Counted from the stretch's first letter, positions 29,146 through 37,861 are shown. The stretch: 64,000 nt of DNA from an uncultured Pseudomonadota bacterium (GCA_964429275.1 CAYSBJ010000002.1:62001-126000); one strand, 5' to 3'. Numbers and translations: made by a program. The notes: a model not told the origin generated them from the sequence alone.

Positions 29146-30058
29146 TTTTAAAATGATAATCGACCTGATGGGTCGAAAGTGCTCGTAATAAGATATCTTG
29201 CTTACTACTAGAACAGTGGATTTCACGCGTTGTTTGTGCAAAGCGAATGTCTCGCTTTGGGTATTGAAGTATGTGAAGTAATCGTTGTGCACATTCGGCA
29301 GCAAAAGACTGAAGTGGGTAACCAAAAGCAATATCGGCTCCATACTGAATTGCTAATAGTTCGCTTGCTACAACGGGGCAGCCGTACTGATGAGCCATTT
29401 GTATAATATCGGGCATCGCGCTGAATGCTTCGCTATCGATAGGCATAAAGAGAGCCCCAGCCGTTGGCGCGTGTTCTTGAATTTCTACCGCAAGCTCTGT
29501 AAGCGACTGTGGAAGATGGATTGGTGTTATTTCGATTCCTCTCGCAGCACAAAGGGCCTGCATGTCTGCAATTTCTTGAGATCGCTTAAAAAGAACCTTG
29601 TGTGAGCAGATAATTAACTTTTTTATCTTGGGGAAGCTGGTGGTGATGAGCTGAAAAGCGAAGGCGGCATTGTTTGCGATAAGAAGCGCGCTCATATGAT
29701 TTGGCATAGGATGCGGCAGGAATTCTTGGCGGGTGACAATAAGTGTTGGGATGACAATGCCATGGTCGCTGTAAATTTGACGGGCTTGGGCAGCAGCTAG
29801 GCCGGTGACCGCAAAGATAAGGTCGAAGTTAGCGTGCTCAGCTTCACGAAGAAACAAGGTGAATTGCGATTCGTCAGTGACCCCATTGAACTGTGTAACT
29901 TTTACTTGGCGTGAAGTGTTTGCCTTGAGGTACTGGAGAGTAAGATTTATTATTTTTTCAATAGTTCCACTTGAGCGTGGTGCTAAGATGGCAATATGAA
30001 GTTCTGAGTGCTTTCTTTGCCGTGTAAATGTCTGCTGTATGCGTGACCAAAGCCTCAT
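29102..30058 (-). CDS. ABC_sub_bind-like substrate-binding domain protein, no export signal
   Basis: IAIL, DLIFAV, CPVVASELLAIQYGADIAFG motif shared with eight paralogs. Confidence 0.7.
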   Translation of the reverse strand: MRLWSRIQQTFTRQRKHSELHIAILAPRSSGTIEKIINLTLQYLKANTSRQVKVTQFNGVTDESQFTLFLREAEHANFDLIFAVTGLAAAQARQIYSDHGIVIPTLIVTRQEFLPHPMPNHMSALLIANNAAFAFQLITTSFPKIKKLIICSHKVLFKRSQEIADMQALCAARGIEITPIHLPQSLTELAVEIQEHAPTAGALFMPIDSEAFSAMPDIIQMAHQYGCPVVASELLAIQYGADIAFGYPLQSFAAECAQRLLHILQYPKRDIRFAQTTREIHCSSSKQDILLRALSTHQVDYHFKIIGCINNEESEQGQ

Positions 30059-30460
30059 CGAACCCTTCTTGTTATTATGCGAGATGTTAAACACAAATAG
30101 CAGGAAGATATTACCATGTTTTTTACATCTGTCTATGATGACACCCCTGGTTGTTTTTGCCTGCGATCTTTCAGCTCGGAAATCGTTCTCACATTTCTTC
30201 AGGCTGTGTTAAATTGTGTTTTACGTAGGTACAGCTAGCGTTTTTTATTTAGAGGCAACACTTGCACATAAGAAAGAGTCATGTTACTGTTATTGGACAT
30301 GCAAGGTGGCTACTCATAACAACTCCTGTCGGATACATGCGTTAGTAGCGGTTCAGCTCAGTACAAAAGCGTGGAAGTCGAGACATGCTGAGTTGACGTA
30401 GTTTCATCAAATTGTCTCGGGTATTTGTTAGTTGTTTGTGTTGTAAAAAGTGAGGGTTCT

Positions 30461-31561
30461 ATGAACATTCTCGTTGAAAGAAGAGCATCCAGATTGTTGG
30501 GGCTCTGTTTAGGGTTTGTAGTAATTTCTAGTGTAGTCGTGGCATCGGATCAGGATAAGTTGTGCGATACGAGAGTTGCTGCGCTTTCTCTCTCGGTTAC
30601 TCCGCCGCCTAGGGGGGGCGCTCATGGTTTTTCATCGGATGCGGCTGGTGGTTCGCCAATCGCTTCTGGGAAGTGTACGAAGAAGGCCCGCTCTGGTTCC
30701 GTGTCGAGTGGTGGTAGTAGGGGCGAGAAGCGTGGGATCGAGAGCTTAATGGATATGCCTAGATCGGTGAGCCCTTGTGGTTGTGAGATTAACATGTCTT
30801 TTTATCCTGACATTTGTGCGCGTGCGTTGATAAGTGACGTTCTCATTACTAAATATGCGGGGAGCGAGTATTATTCCAAAGCACTTGAGCAACTTGCAGC
30901 ATCAGGCGTGCCTGGTATGGATTTAGTACTTGAACGGGCTTGCAAGGGTGATACTACCGTTCCTGGTATTTCTGAGCTTGAGCAAAGTATAGCGGCGGAT
31001 GAATTACTGACTTTTGATGACCGTGTTTCTTTGCTTGTCTTGGGTAATATGATTTTTTCCGCTTACTTGGTTGCCTTGGCAGCAGATGTGTCGTATGACC
31101 ATCCGCTGGCGCGGGTTGTTGGTCATTTAGCGGAGGTCGGCGCGAGTGTGGGGTCTTTGGCAGAGGCGCCAAAAATTCCGGCGGTATTGAGTGACACGCT
31201 GCAATTGGCGGCAAGTTCTGTGCTCGCTAAATATCAGTCTGCGCTTGCGGCCATGAGCGGGAAAGATCCGCACGTTTTTGTGGCGGATTTTATTAAGAGA
31301 GTCCTTGCAATCAGCGCTCCGGGAGAGCGCGACGCAATCATTCGTCAAGCCTCATCTCGTTCGGGTGATGGGTTGAACCCTTATCAAAAGAATACTTATG
31401 GATTAATAGTTCTCTATCGTGGGTGTCGGCTTGGCGAGATTTATCAAAAGTTTAATGAGATGCATGGGATTTTAGTAGGAGCAGGTATTTTTGGTAGTGA
31501 CGCTGAGCAAAAAGCAGCGGTTGCGGTCGTCGAAAAACTTCCAGATAATTCGTTTCTATAA
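30461..31561 (+). CDS. Secreted hypothetical protein with Ser/Gly-rich N-terminal region
   Basis: Signal-peptide-like RRASRLLGLCLGFVVISSVVVA; GAGGG Shine-Dalgarno-like site before the ATG. Confidence 0.7.
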   Translation: MNILVERRASRLLGLCLGFVVISSVVVASDQDKLCDTRVAALSLSVTPPPRGGAHGFSSDAAGGSPIASGKCTKKARSGSVSSGGSRGEKRGIESLMDMPRSVSPCGCEINMSFYPDICARALISDVLITKYAGSEYYSKALEQLAASGVPGMDLVLERACKGDTTVPGISELEQSIAADELLTFDDRVSLLVLGNMIFSAYLVALAADVSYDHPLARVVGHLAEVGASVGSLAEAPKIPAVLSDTLQLAASSVLAKYQSALAAMSGKDPHVFVADFIKRVLAISAPGERDAIIRQASSRSGDGLNPYQKNTYGLIVLYRGCRLGEIYQKFNEMHGILVGAGIFGSDAEQKAAVAVVEKLPDNSFL

Positions 31562-31576
31562 TAGATATAAGTCTTA

Positions 31577-31628
31577 ATGAAGAGAGGGCGGATAATCAGT
31601 TTAAACTGATTATCCGCCCTCTCTTCAT
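31577..31628. repeat. Perfect 52-bp palindrome, likely a bidirectional terminator
   Basis: atgaagagagggcggataatcagttt|aaactgattatccgccctctcttcat between convergent genes. Confidence 0.92.
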
Positions 31629-31657
31629 CTTTGCTTTTGTATCTATAGATTTTGTCC

Positions 31658-32722
31658 TTATTTTTTTTCTACCACATTGTTAGGGGTTATGAGCGATAGT
31701 GCCACATGATTACTTTGTGTAAGGAAGTTTCCAATTACCATCGCTGCAGTTATAGGCGAGGCAGTTTGCGGATGGATGACCACCATTGTGTCGCTACTAA
31801 TTTCTTTAAGAGGTAGTGTTGAGGCCGATACCTTATCTTCGAGTATTTCAATAGCGTACTTAGCACTTTGAATGCCCATTGCTCGTTCTGGGCATTCGGT
31901 GATTCCAATAAATACATCGGGACAAGAAATGTCTGGCGAAAAGACCGGAACATTAAACTGCTGAGCTTCTCGGGCAATGCGGGAGGAATACCGCAATATT
32001 TCGCTGCTGCGGGAAAGAACAATCATGTCTATGGTTTCAAGCAAATGAGTATTTAGTTCGGTGCTCTTGTCGATATTCGGGACGTGGTGCATGCGCCAGG
32101 AGATGTGCATTTTGCGAAGTGCAGCAGTGATAGCATTTTTTTCTTTTAAGTTGTTATGCGAAATTTCGTCTACGGAACGATAAATGATTAGAACTGTTTT
32201 TACCCGGGGATTCACGCGATTCATAAGTGCTATGTTGCGTTCCCAGTTCATCTTTGAGCACACAGCAGTCAATGGAGTGGTTGCTTGCATTGCTTCAAAT
32301 GGCGTGACGTTGTAGCCCATTGGTGAACCAGCAGAAATGATAGGGATTTTTTTATGGTGCATTTTCATGGCGTTAAAAGCAACTTCGCTCGACAGAAGGC
32401 CGATTGCAAGAATAAGGTCCGCTTTACAGTCAATAGCGTAATTTACCCATTCCTGAGCCTTGTCACGGTTAAGATTATGAACGCAATCGACCGTTTCAAA
32501 CTCAAAAGAGGCATACTTTTTCATATGCGCAATGAAGGGCCTAATTACTTCAGCAATCGCAGGAATTACCGATGGCTTAATAACGACAATAGTGTAATGC
32601 TCTCGCGTTTCTTTTAGATAGTTTAGGAGGTTGCGTAGCGCTTGGATTTTATGATACAGATAGCGCATGCCTACCACGACGATGCAGGCGATTGCTAAAA
32701 GTATAAAGTCATTATACATCAT
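31658..32722 (-). CDS. ABC_sub_bind-like protein with N-terminal TM helix
   Basis: ADLILAIG, IPII, NPRVKTV, IDMIV, VPVFS, MG.Q.A..A..IL, LPL. Confidence 0.75.
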   Translation of the reverse strand: MMYNDFILLAIACIVVVGMRYLYHKIQALRNLLNYLKETREHYTIVVIKPSVIPAIAEVIRPFIAHMKKYASFEFETVDCVHNLNRDKAQEWVNYAIDCKADLILAIGLLSSEVAFNAMKMHHKKIPIISAGSPMGYNVTPFEAMQATTPLTAVCSKMNWERNIALMNRVNPRVKTVLIIYRSVDEISHNNLKEKNAITAALRKMHISWRMHHVPNIDKSTELNTHLLETIDMIVLSRSSEILRYSSRIAREAQQFNVPVFSPDISCPDVFIGITECPERAMGIQSAKYAIEILEDKVSASTLPLKEISSDTMVVIHPQTASPITAAMVIGNFLTQSNHVALSLITPNNVVEKK

Positions 32723-33836
32723 ATACGGCCCTTTGATTGTGATGCTTTGATTCCTTAATTACTATGCCATGCTTCATTAAAAATTGTATGTTTTTGGGGG
32801 TTTTAGTGTTTTGTAGAGTGCTTGTGCTTGTCTTTTTATTGAGTATTGGATCGATATCCCAGTCTTTAATATGAATGAATGAAATTCCGCTCGGTTTTTT
32901 TTTGTGAATCAACATTTCTCTAGCAAACCAAACGCTATAATGGCTGGCGCTTCCTTCGTGCGAACAAGCGCCACATGCAGCTCCACGCTCGATACTAATC
33001 GTATCTGATACAAAAATAGGAACGTGATAATTGTTTCCCAGTGCTACCAATTTATCCATGGCAGGAACCATCCCAGAATCGCGAAGCACGATGATAACAT
33101 CTATATCTTCGAGAGCGTTGCGCAAGTAATTGAAAGTGGTGTTAATATTTTCTATACCAACTTCTGTATGTGTAATGCCGTGCTGGTCGAGTTCAGCTTT
33201 GATTCCATCAAGGCAGGATGGATCACGAGAGGTATTATATAAGAACAGTGCTTTTCGAATATTTGGTACTAGCTTCTTGAGTATTTCTATGCGACGGGTC
33301 CAATTATACGACCCCCCCCAGCCGGTGGTGTAGGTTTTTAAGGAAGGATTTTCTTGTAGAAGCTCCGTGAGTCCATCCCACGGGAGGCTGCTGAGCATTA
33401 TGGGGGTGGTTGGGGTATGTTTTGGGATAAGACCAGCAACGGCTTGTGCCGGTTGCAATCCTATCACCCATATAAGATTGTACGCTGCATTTAACAATTT
33501 ATGTGCCATAGCGCTCAAGAGCGTATAGTTCTCTTCGGCAGTGTGTAGGTGGATGCTACATGTTGTTCCGGTTGCCTTTTTGAATGTTTGTTCAAATTCT
33601 GTAATGAGAGCTTCAACAAGTGGTGAACAGCCATATACAAGTACTCCAATGGTAAAAACATCCGGTTGCCCTATTTCTTCAGCTATAAGCGGGATATCGT
33701 TAATGCCGTGACTAATCCATATCTTGTGTGTGGGTCCTGTGTGCGTGGTTGCATGCGGCTGGTGTGCAAGATATCCAATGCCGAGCGTAAGTAAAAAAGC
33801 GTTGAAAAATAAGAGCGGCACTACAGGAATTTTCAT
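32712..33836 (-). CDS. ABC_sub_bind-like protein with N-terminal anchor
   Basis: NLIWVIG, LKKLVPNIRK, IDVIIVLRD, VPIFVSDTISIERGA. Confidence 0.8.
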   Translation of the reverse strand: MKIPVVPLLFFNAFLLTLGIGYLAHQPHATTHTGPTHKIWISHGINDIPLIAEEIGQPDVFTIGVLVYGCSPLVEALITEFEQTFKKATGTTCSIHLHTAEENYTLLSAMAHKLLNAAYNLIWVIGLQPAQAVAGLIPKHTPTTPIMLSSLPWDGLTELLQENPSLKTYTTGWGGSYNWTRRIEILKKLVPNIRKALFLYNTSRDPSCLDGIKAELDQHGITHTEVGIENINTTFNYLRNALEDIDVIIVLRDSGMVPAMDKLVALGNNYHVPIFVSDTISIERGAACGACSHEGSASHYSVWFAREMLIHKKKPSGISFIHIKDWDIDPILNKKTSTSTLQNTKTPKNIQFLMKHGIVIKESKHHNQRAVYDV

Positions 33837-34975
33837 GTAAGTTCTATGTCCTTATCCACCGTTGCGGAAACCTTTGTGCTGTATTGGAGGGCGAGGGCGG
33901 TAATGCGAGAAGAATCAAGTCCTTGGGTTTGCATAGCCATTTGGTTGAAATGCATTTGGTAAGGATGGGTTTGGTCGAGAGTAAGAATGGGAACGTCTTT
34001 TGGTGCGCGATTCTCTTCTAGAATGGCAAGCATTTTCTGAGCTGCGTGGTAGCCAAATCGTTCGTTAATTGTGTTGAGTGCAACTGCTGCACCATAATTA
34101 ATATCGTTGAGAAATGGGCTGAAAAAAGTGATGCCATGCTCGGAGCATTTTTTGGCAATTGCAGTACAGGCATCAGGAGTGAATGCATCGCGTATTGGAA
34201 TGATGCTGTCAATTTTATCTGCGTGCTCGGAGATGGAGTTGAGCAAGTCTTCAGTGCCGTGGACGCGTACTAGATGTGGCATGATGCCGTAACTATTGAG
34301 AACAGCTGCAACTTCTTGTGCTGCTTCATAAAGAGAGGAGTGTGTCAGTGGTACGAGTGCGGCGCGCATAAACGGCTTTACCGCAAGATACATTTTAATG
34401 CGGTATGCCCAACAATCAAGAACGGTGATGCCGGTCATATGAGCGGCTGGCTTTTTTTCCTGTTCTTTGCGCCAGTGGTTATCATGGACTCGGGCAAAAA
34501 CGATAGGAGTTTGTTTGTTGTGCGTGTAGCTAATATTTTTTGCAAGCTTGGTTAGGCTGCTGCCGATGGTGAAGAGCCCGTGATAGTTGTCTAAAATTAC
34601 GCTGGAAACAATTCGTTGCGTCTCTTTTTGGTCAGCACTTCCCCAATAATTGGTGAAATGGTAGATGTACGAGCCATTTTCACGCATCGTTTCCGTGAAT
34701 TCTGCAATGGTTTCGATGGTGTCCGGTTGCTTTGAAAGTCCAATGATGGCAATATCGCGAGATCGAGAGCCAAAATTTTTTTTGTAATCGCTGTACCGCA
34801 TCACCGGGTGGTCGACGGTGGTTAGACCCGTTTCTAATTTCTTCTGTGCAGCGCTTTGTAGTCGCTTTATTTTATGATGTTCGTAGCAGAGATAAAGGTA
34901 GTAACCAGCCATGAGGAGTAGTCCCGTAATGAGACAACCGCTCATTATTACGAGTGGCAGCATGAATTGATTCAT
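33833..34975 (-). CDS. ABC_sub_bind-like protein with N-terminal TM helix
   Basis: LFTIG, TPIVF, HMTGI, KP.M, IDSIIPIRD, YGAAVAL, G..AA.K...IL, FN..A...QGL. Confidence 0.8.
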   Translation of the reverse strand: MNQFMLPLVIMSGCLITGLLLMAGYYLYLCYEHHKIKRLQSAAQKKLETGLTTVDHPVMRYSDYKKNFGSRSRDIAIIGLSKQPDTIETIAEFTETMRENGSYIYHFTNYWGSADQKETQRIVSSVILDNYHGLFTIGSSLTKLAKNISYTHNKQTPIVFARVHDNHWRKEQEKKPAAHMTGITVLDCWAYRIKMYLAVKPFMRAALVPLTHSSLYEAAQEVAAVLNSYGIMPHLVRVHGTEDLLNSISEHADKIDSIIPIRDAFTPDACTAIAKKCSEHGITFFSPFLNDINYGAAVALNTINERFGYHAAQKMLAILEENRAPKDVPILTLDQTHPYQMHFNQMAMQTQGLDSSRITALALQYSTKVSATVDKDIELT

Positions 34976-35060
34976 AAGAGCACAACCCCAGTCCTTACTT
35001 AGTATGTACGTTAAATATCTAAGAATGCTCTAACTATACGCTAGGATTGGGCTTTTGTCA

Positions 35061-35119
35061 TCCCGCCGTCGCAATTTGATTTGCTAACGCACCCCAAATT
35101 GTCTATGGCGTGGCAGGCC
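35061..35119 (+). repeat. tRNA-associated palindromic element; left arm of a 59-bp inverted repeat
   Basis: tcccgccgtcgcaatttgatttgctaacgcaccccaaattgtctatggcgtggcaggcc; 57 of 59 nt match the reverse complement of 35565-35623. Confidence 0.92.
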
Positions 35120-35191
35120 CCGCTGGGCGTACTGAGGACCATGGGGAAGAAAACCCCGAATTAAAGGCTTATTTGAGAGTTTGCGGATGAA

Positions 35192-35238
35192 GTCCGCCGT
35201 CGCAAACTGCCTACTCGGCAGCTTGGCTATGGCGCGAC
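35192..35238 (+). repeat. Additional copy of the palindromic element
   Basis: gtccgccgtcgc-aaactgcc-tactc-ggcagcttg-gctatggcg: same boundary motifs, different inner stem. Confidence 0.75.
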
Positions 35239-35320
35239 ACCCTCCCCGCACTTGCCCTATGGGCTGCGTAACACACTGACGGCGGTCTTACGGCGCTTAA
35301 ACTTTTGTGGTGCCTTTGAG

Positions 35321-35384
35321 GGCCCCGCCACGCCGTAGACACACCTTGCGCGCTTTATGCGCGCACAGCGTGTGCGGAGGAGGG
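35321..35384 (-). repeat. Element copy forming the 3' trailer of tRNA-Arg(CCT)
   Basis: Transcript strand: CCA|ccctcctccgcacac...gcgcgc-ataaa-gcgcgc...gtgtgt-ctacggcgtggcggggcc. Confidence 0.75.
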
Positions 35385-35461
35385 TGGTGTGTCTAATAGG
35401 ATTCGAACCTACGGCCTAGCGATTAGGAATCGCTCGCTCTATCCAACTGAGCTATAGACAC
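35385..35461 (-). tRNA. tRNA-Arg (anticodon CCT)
   Basis: gtgtctatagctcagttggatagagcgagcgatt-CCT-aatcgctaggccgtaggttcgaatcctattagacacacca; cloverleaf with encoded CCA. Confidence 0.97.
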
Positions 35462-35564
35462 ACACATGCTTGTGGTGCGTAGCACGGCTACGCGGTACAT
35501 TTTGGGAAGGGCTTGTCCGCCATCATAGTTTTAACGACGTCGCAAGCCGGCGTAGCGTAGGAGA

Positions 35565-35623
35565 GGCTTGCCACGCCATAGACAATTTGGGGTGCGTTAG
35601 CACATCAAATTGCGACGGCGGGA
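35565..35623 (-). repeat. Right arm of the 59-bp inverted repeat
   Basis: Reverse complement of 35061-35119 with two mismatches. Confidence 0.92.
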
Positions 35624-35656
35624 GGAGTCTAAAGAAAAATAGGCACGGTGACAAGA

Positions 35657-37618
35657 TTAGCGAACAAGCGGTTCTAAGACTTGATTTTTTTGTAGGGAGC
35701 GCCGAGCATTCTCAATCGCGACCTCCAAGGTTTGCAGGTCAAGCATAGAATTGCCTTTGTTTAGCATGGCATAAATCGTTTGGGCAACCAGAGAGTCAAT
35801 TTGTCGTCCCACAAGTCCATCCATTTTTTGTGCAAGCAACGCTTTTTCTCGGCGAATTTCATCGCTAACGCTGAGACCGCGGTCGATAAGGTGTTGTTTG
35901 AGGTAGCTGTCCAGTAGGGATTCTCGCTCTCTTTGTCCAGGCGCCGTGAATTCGACATGGTTTGAGCCGTCGATACGATTCAGAAGTGCTTTCTCGATCC
36001 GGTCTGGGTAGTTGGTAGAGAAAATAAACATCATTTTTCCATGAATGCCACGTTCAAAGAAGCTGAGCATGGTGGTAGTGAGGTCGTTGGTCATTTCGTT
36101 TGCAAAATTTGAGTCACGATCAGCAAACATTGTTTCAGCTTCGTCAAATACCAAGATTACCGGGCGCTTATTTTTGCTTGCCCACCGCAAGATGTTGGCG
36201 AGAGCTTCTTGAGCTTTAGCAGGGGAGCCAAGGCGCTTAAATGCTGGCCCACGTATAATAACGTGGTCGGCAATGCCTTGTTCATAGAGTCGGCGAGCAA
36301 AAGCTTGAGCTGCCATGGTTTTACCAGTTCCTGGAGGGCCGTAGAACATCATGTTACTAAGTGGAAAGCCTTTTTGAATTGCTAGGACAATACCGGCAAA
36401 CTTACCAATAACTTGTTGTGCCAAGCTTGGCTCAAGGATAACGGCATCAAGGTTTGAGGCTGGAACTTTAAAGCCACGCCATTTATCCATACGACTGAGC
36501 ATTGAGGTGTCGGCGCGTTCAATAATTGTTGGCCGTGGTTGGTAGTAGTGGCGTATGCCAAAGTAACCGCCAATCCCGAGGATAGTGGCTATGGTAAGCG
36601 CAGGAATAGCGAATTGTACCAGGCTCTTTCGTGCCTTGAGGCGTGCTTCTTGTTGTTCTTTGTCTGCGAGCATCGTGGCAGTATGTTTTTCTTTGTCCGC
36701 CAGCAGAGTGGCATCATGTTTTAATTTATCTGCCGCCACAGTTTCTTTGTGTTGAGCGATGAGGGTCGGCTGTTGCAGTTCAGCAATTTTGGCACTTGCG
36801 TCCCCTTGTGCTTTGATTTGATCGACGGCTACTTTGCCTTGTTCTTTTATGCGTTCTTGCTTGGCCTTGTCTTTTTCTTCCTTAGCTTTGCGGGTTGCTT
36901 CTGCTACGGCAAGTTGGCCCGCAACATCCGCAACACTCAATGCTTTTTTGTTTGCGGCTTCTGCGGCAGTTGTTTCTCGCTCGAGGGCGATTCGGCCCCG
37001 CATGTTGACAAGGTAGGCTCGTTGCTCGTTCAGCGCCTTTTCGAGTTTGTACAGGTGTTTTGCTGCTCTGAAGGTTGCTACGAGTTTTTTTCGTCGTGAG
37101 TTATACTCTAAGGTATAACCATAGTAATGATCAGTGGCTACTCGGTCAGCGTCTGGTTTGAGTTCAACTTTTGAAAGCCAGTCTCGCAATCCTTGTTGGT
37201 TCAAGGCTGCGCCTGAACGCATGTTTTCCCACCAATATGAGCTGGTTGGTTGTATGCCTTGCGCCTCAAGTTCTCTCATGTGCTCCTGGGTAAGCTTAAA
37301 AAGGTCTGTGTAGTCGTAAGAGCAAGCACTTGCAGAGTTAAAAAAGTCACGGCGTCCATCTTCAATCCAGTCTCCGATTGTCTGTAGCTTTTCTGTCAAT
37401 ACGGCAGGGTTACTCAGGTGTTCTGTATTGGTGAGATCATTTGCTAATTGCTCAACGGCCTCTTTATCGCTTTTGATCGGACTTATCTTTGCGTAAAGTC
37501 CCGTGGCGTCCTCTACTATTTGTGATGTTTTGATTGTGGCCTGTGGAGCTGCTGTTGCCGCGGTCAAAATGTGCCCGCCCAAAAGCGCAAGCGTGAGAAG
37601 AAGTAACTTTTTTTTCAT
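35657..37618 (-). CDS. Exported membrane-anchored AAA+ ATPase, ATAD3-like
   Basis: Signal peptide, long coiled coil, TM helix, then LDAVILEPSL, NMMFYGPPGTGKT, RWASKNKR, LVFDEAE, STNYP, NRID, FTAPGQRER. Confidence 0.85.
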   Translation of the reverse strand: MKKKLLLLTLALLGGHILTAATAAPQATIKTSQIVEDATGLYAKISPIKSDKEAVEQLANDLTNTEHLSNPAVLTEKLQTIGDWIEDGRRDFFNSASACSYDYTDLFKLTQEHMRELEAQGIQPTSSYWWENMRSGAALNQQGLRDWLSKVELKPDADRVATDHYYGYTLEYNSRRKKLVATFRAAKHLYKLEKALNEQRAYLVNMRGRIALERETTAAEAANKKALSVADVAGQLAVAEATRKAKEEKDKAKQERIKEQGKVAVDQIKAQGDASAKIAELQQPTLIAQHKETVAADKLKHDATLLADKEKHTATMLADKEQQEARLKARKSLVQFAIPALTIATILGIGGYFGIRHYYQPRPTIIERADTSMLSRMDKWRGFKVPASNLDAVILEPSLAQQVIGKFAGIVLAIQKGFPLSNMMFYGPPGTGKTMAAQAFARRLYEQGIADHVIIRGPAFKRLGSPAKAQEALANILRWASKNKRPVILVFDEAETMFADRDSNFANEMTNDLTTTMLSFFERGIHGKMMFIFSTNYPDRIEKALLNRIDGSNHVEFTAPGQRERESLLDSYLKQHLIDRGLSVSDEIRREKALLAQKMDGLVGRQIDSLVAQTIYAMLNKGNSMLDLQTLEVAIENARRSLQKNQVLEPLVR

Positions 37619-37728
37619 TAAAAATCCCCCGGAGTTCTTGAAGTTTGATGGGCTTATATATGTTTTATGATACCAAAAGTGGTGTGAGAGAATAAAGAGA
37701 TTGTTGGCGGACGGCCTTTAAAAAAGCT

Positions 37729-37784
37729 GGCCTGCCAGCCGTAGCCTCTTTGCGACGACCTTGCGGTGTCGCAAAGGCGAAGGC
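37729..37784 (-). repeat. Element copy forming the 3' trailer of tRNA-Arg(TCG)
   Basis: Transcript strand: CCA|gccttcgcc-tttgcgac-accGCAAggt-cgtcgcaaag-aggctacggctggcaggcc. Confidence 0.85.
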
Positions 37785-37861
37785 TGGTGCGCCCGGCAGG
37801 ACTCGAACCTGCAACCAACGGATTCGAAGTCCGGTACTCTATCCAATTGAGCTACGGGCGC
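37785..37861 (-). tRNA. tRNA-Arg (anticodon TCG)
   Basis: gcgcccgtagctcaattggatagagtaccggact-TCG-aatccgttggttgcaggttcgagtcctgccgggcgcacca. Confidence 0.96.

Noticed and set aside
34988..35016. Possible dif site (…gtacgttaaat)
   Set aside because: Only part of the XerD arm resembles the consensus; there is no XerC arm or inner symmetry.
35336..35395. 10-nt complement (tagacacacc/ggtgtgtcta) between the tRNA-Arg(CCT) 3' end and its trailer as an att-site duplication
   Set aside because: It is inverted rather than direct, and it is explained by the stem of the palindromic element, so it is not an integration scar.
35061..35623. Repeat cluster as a CRISPR array
   Set aside because: The copies are in mixed orientation with variable interiors, there is no regular repeat-spacer period, and no cas genes are present.
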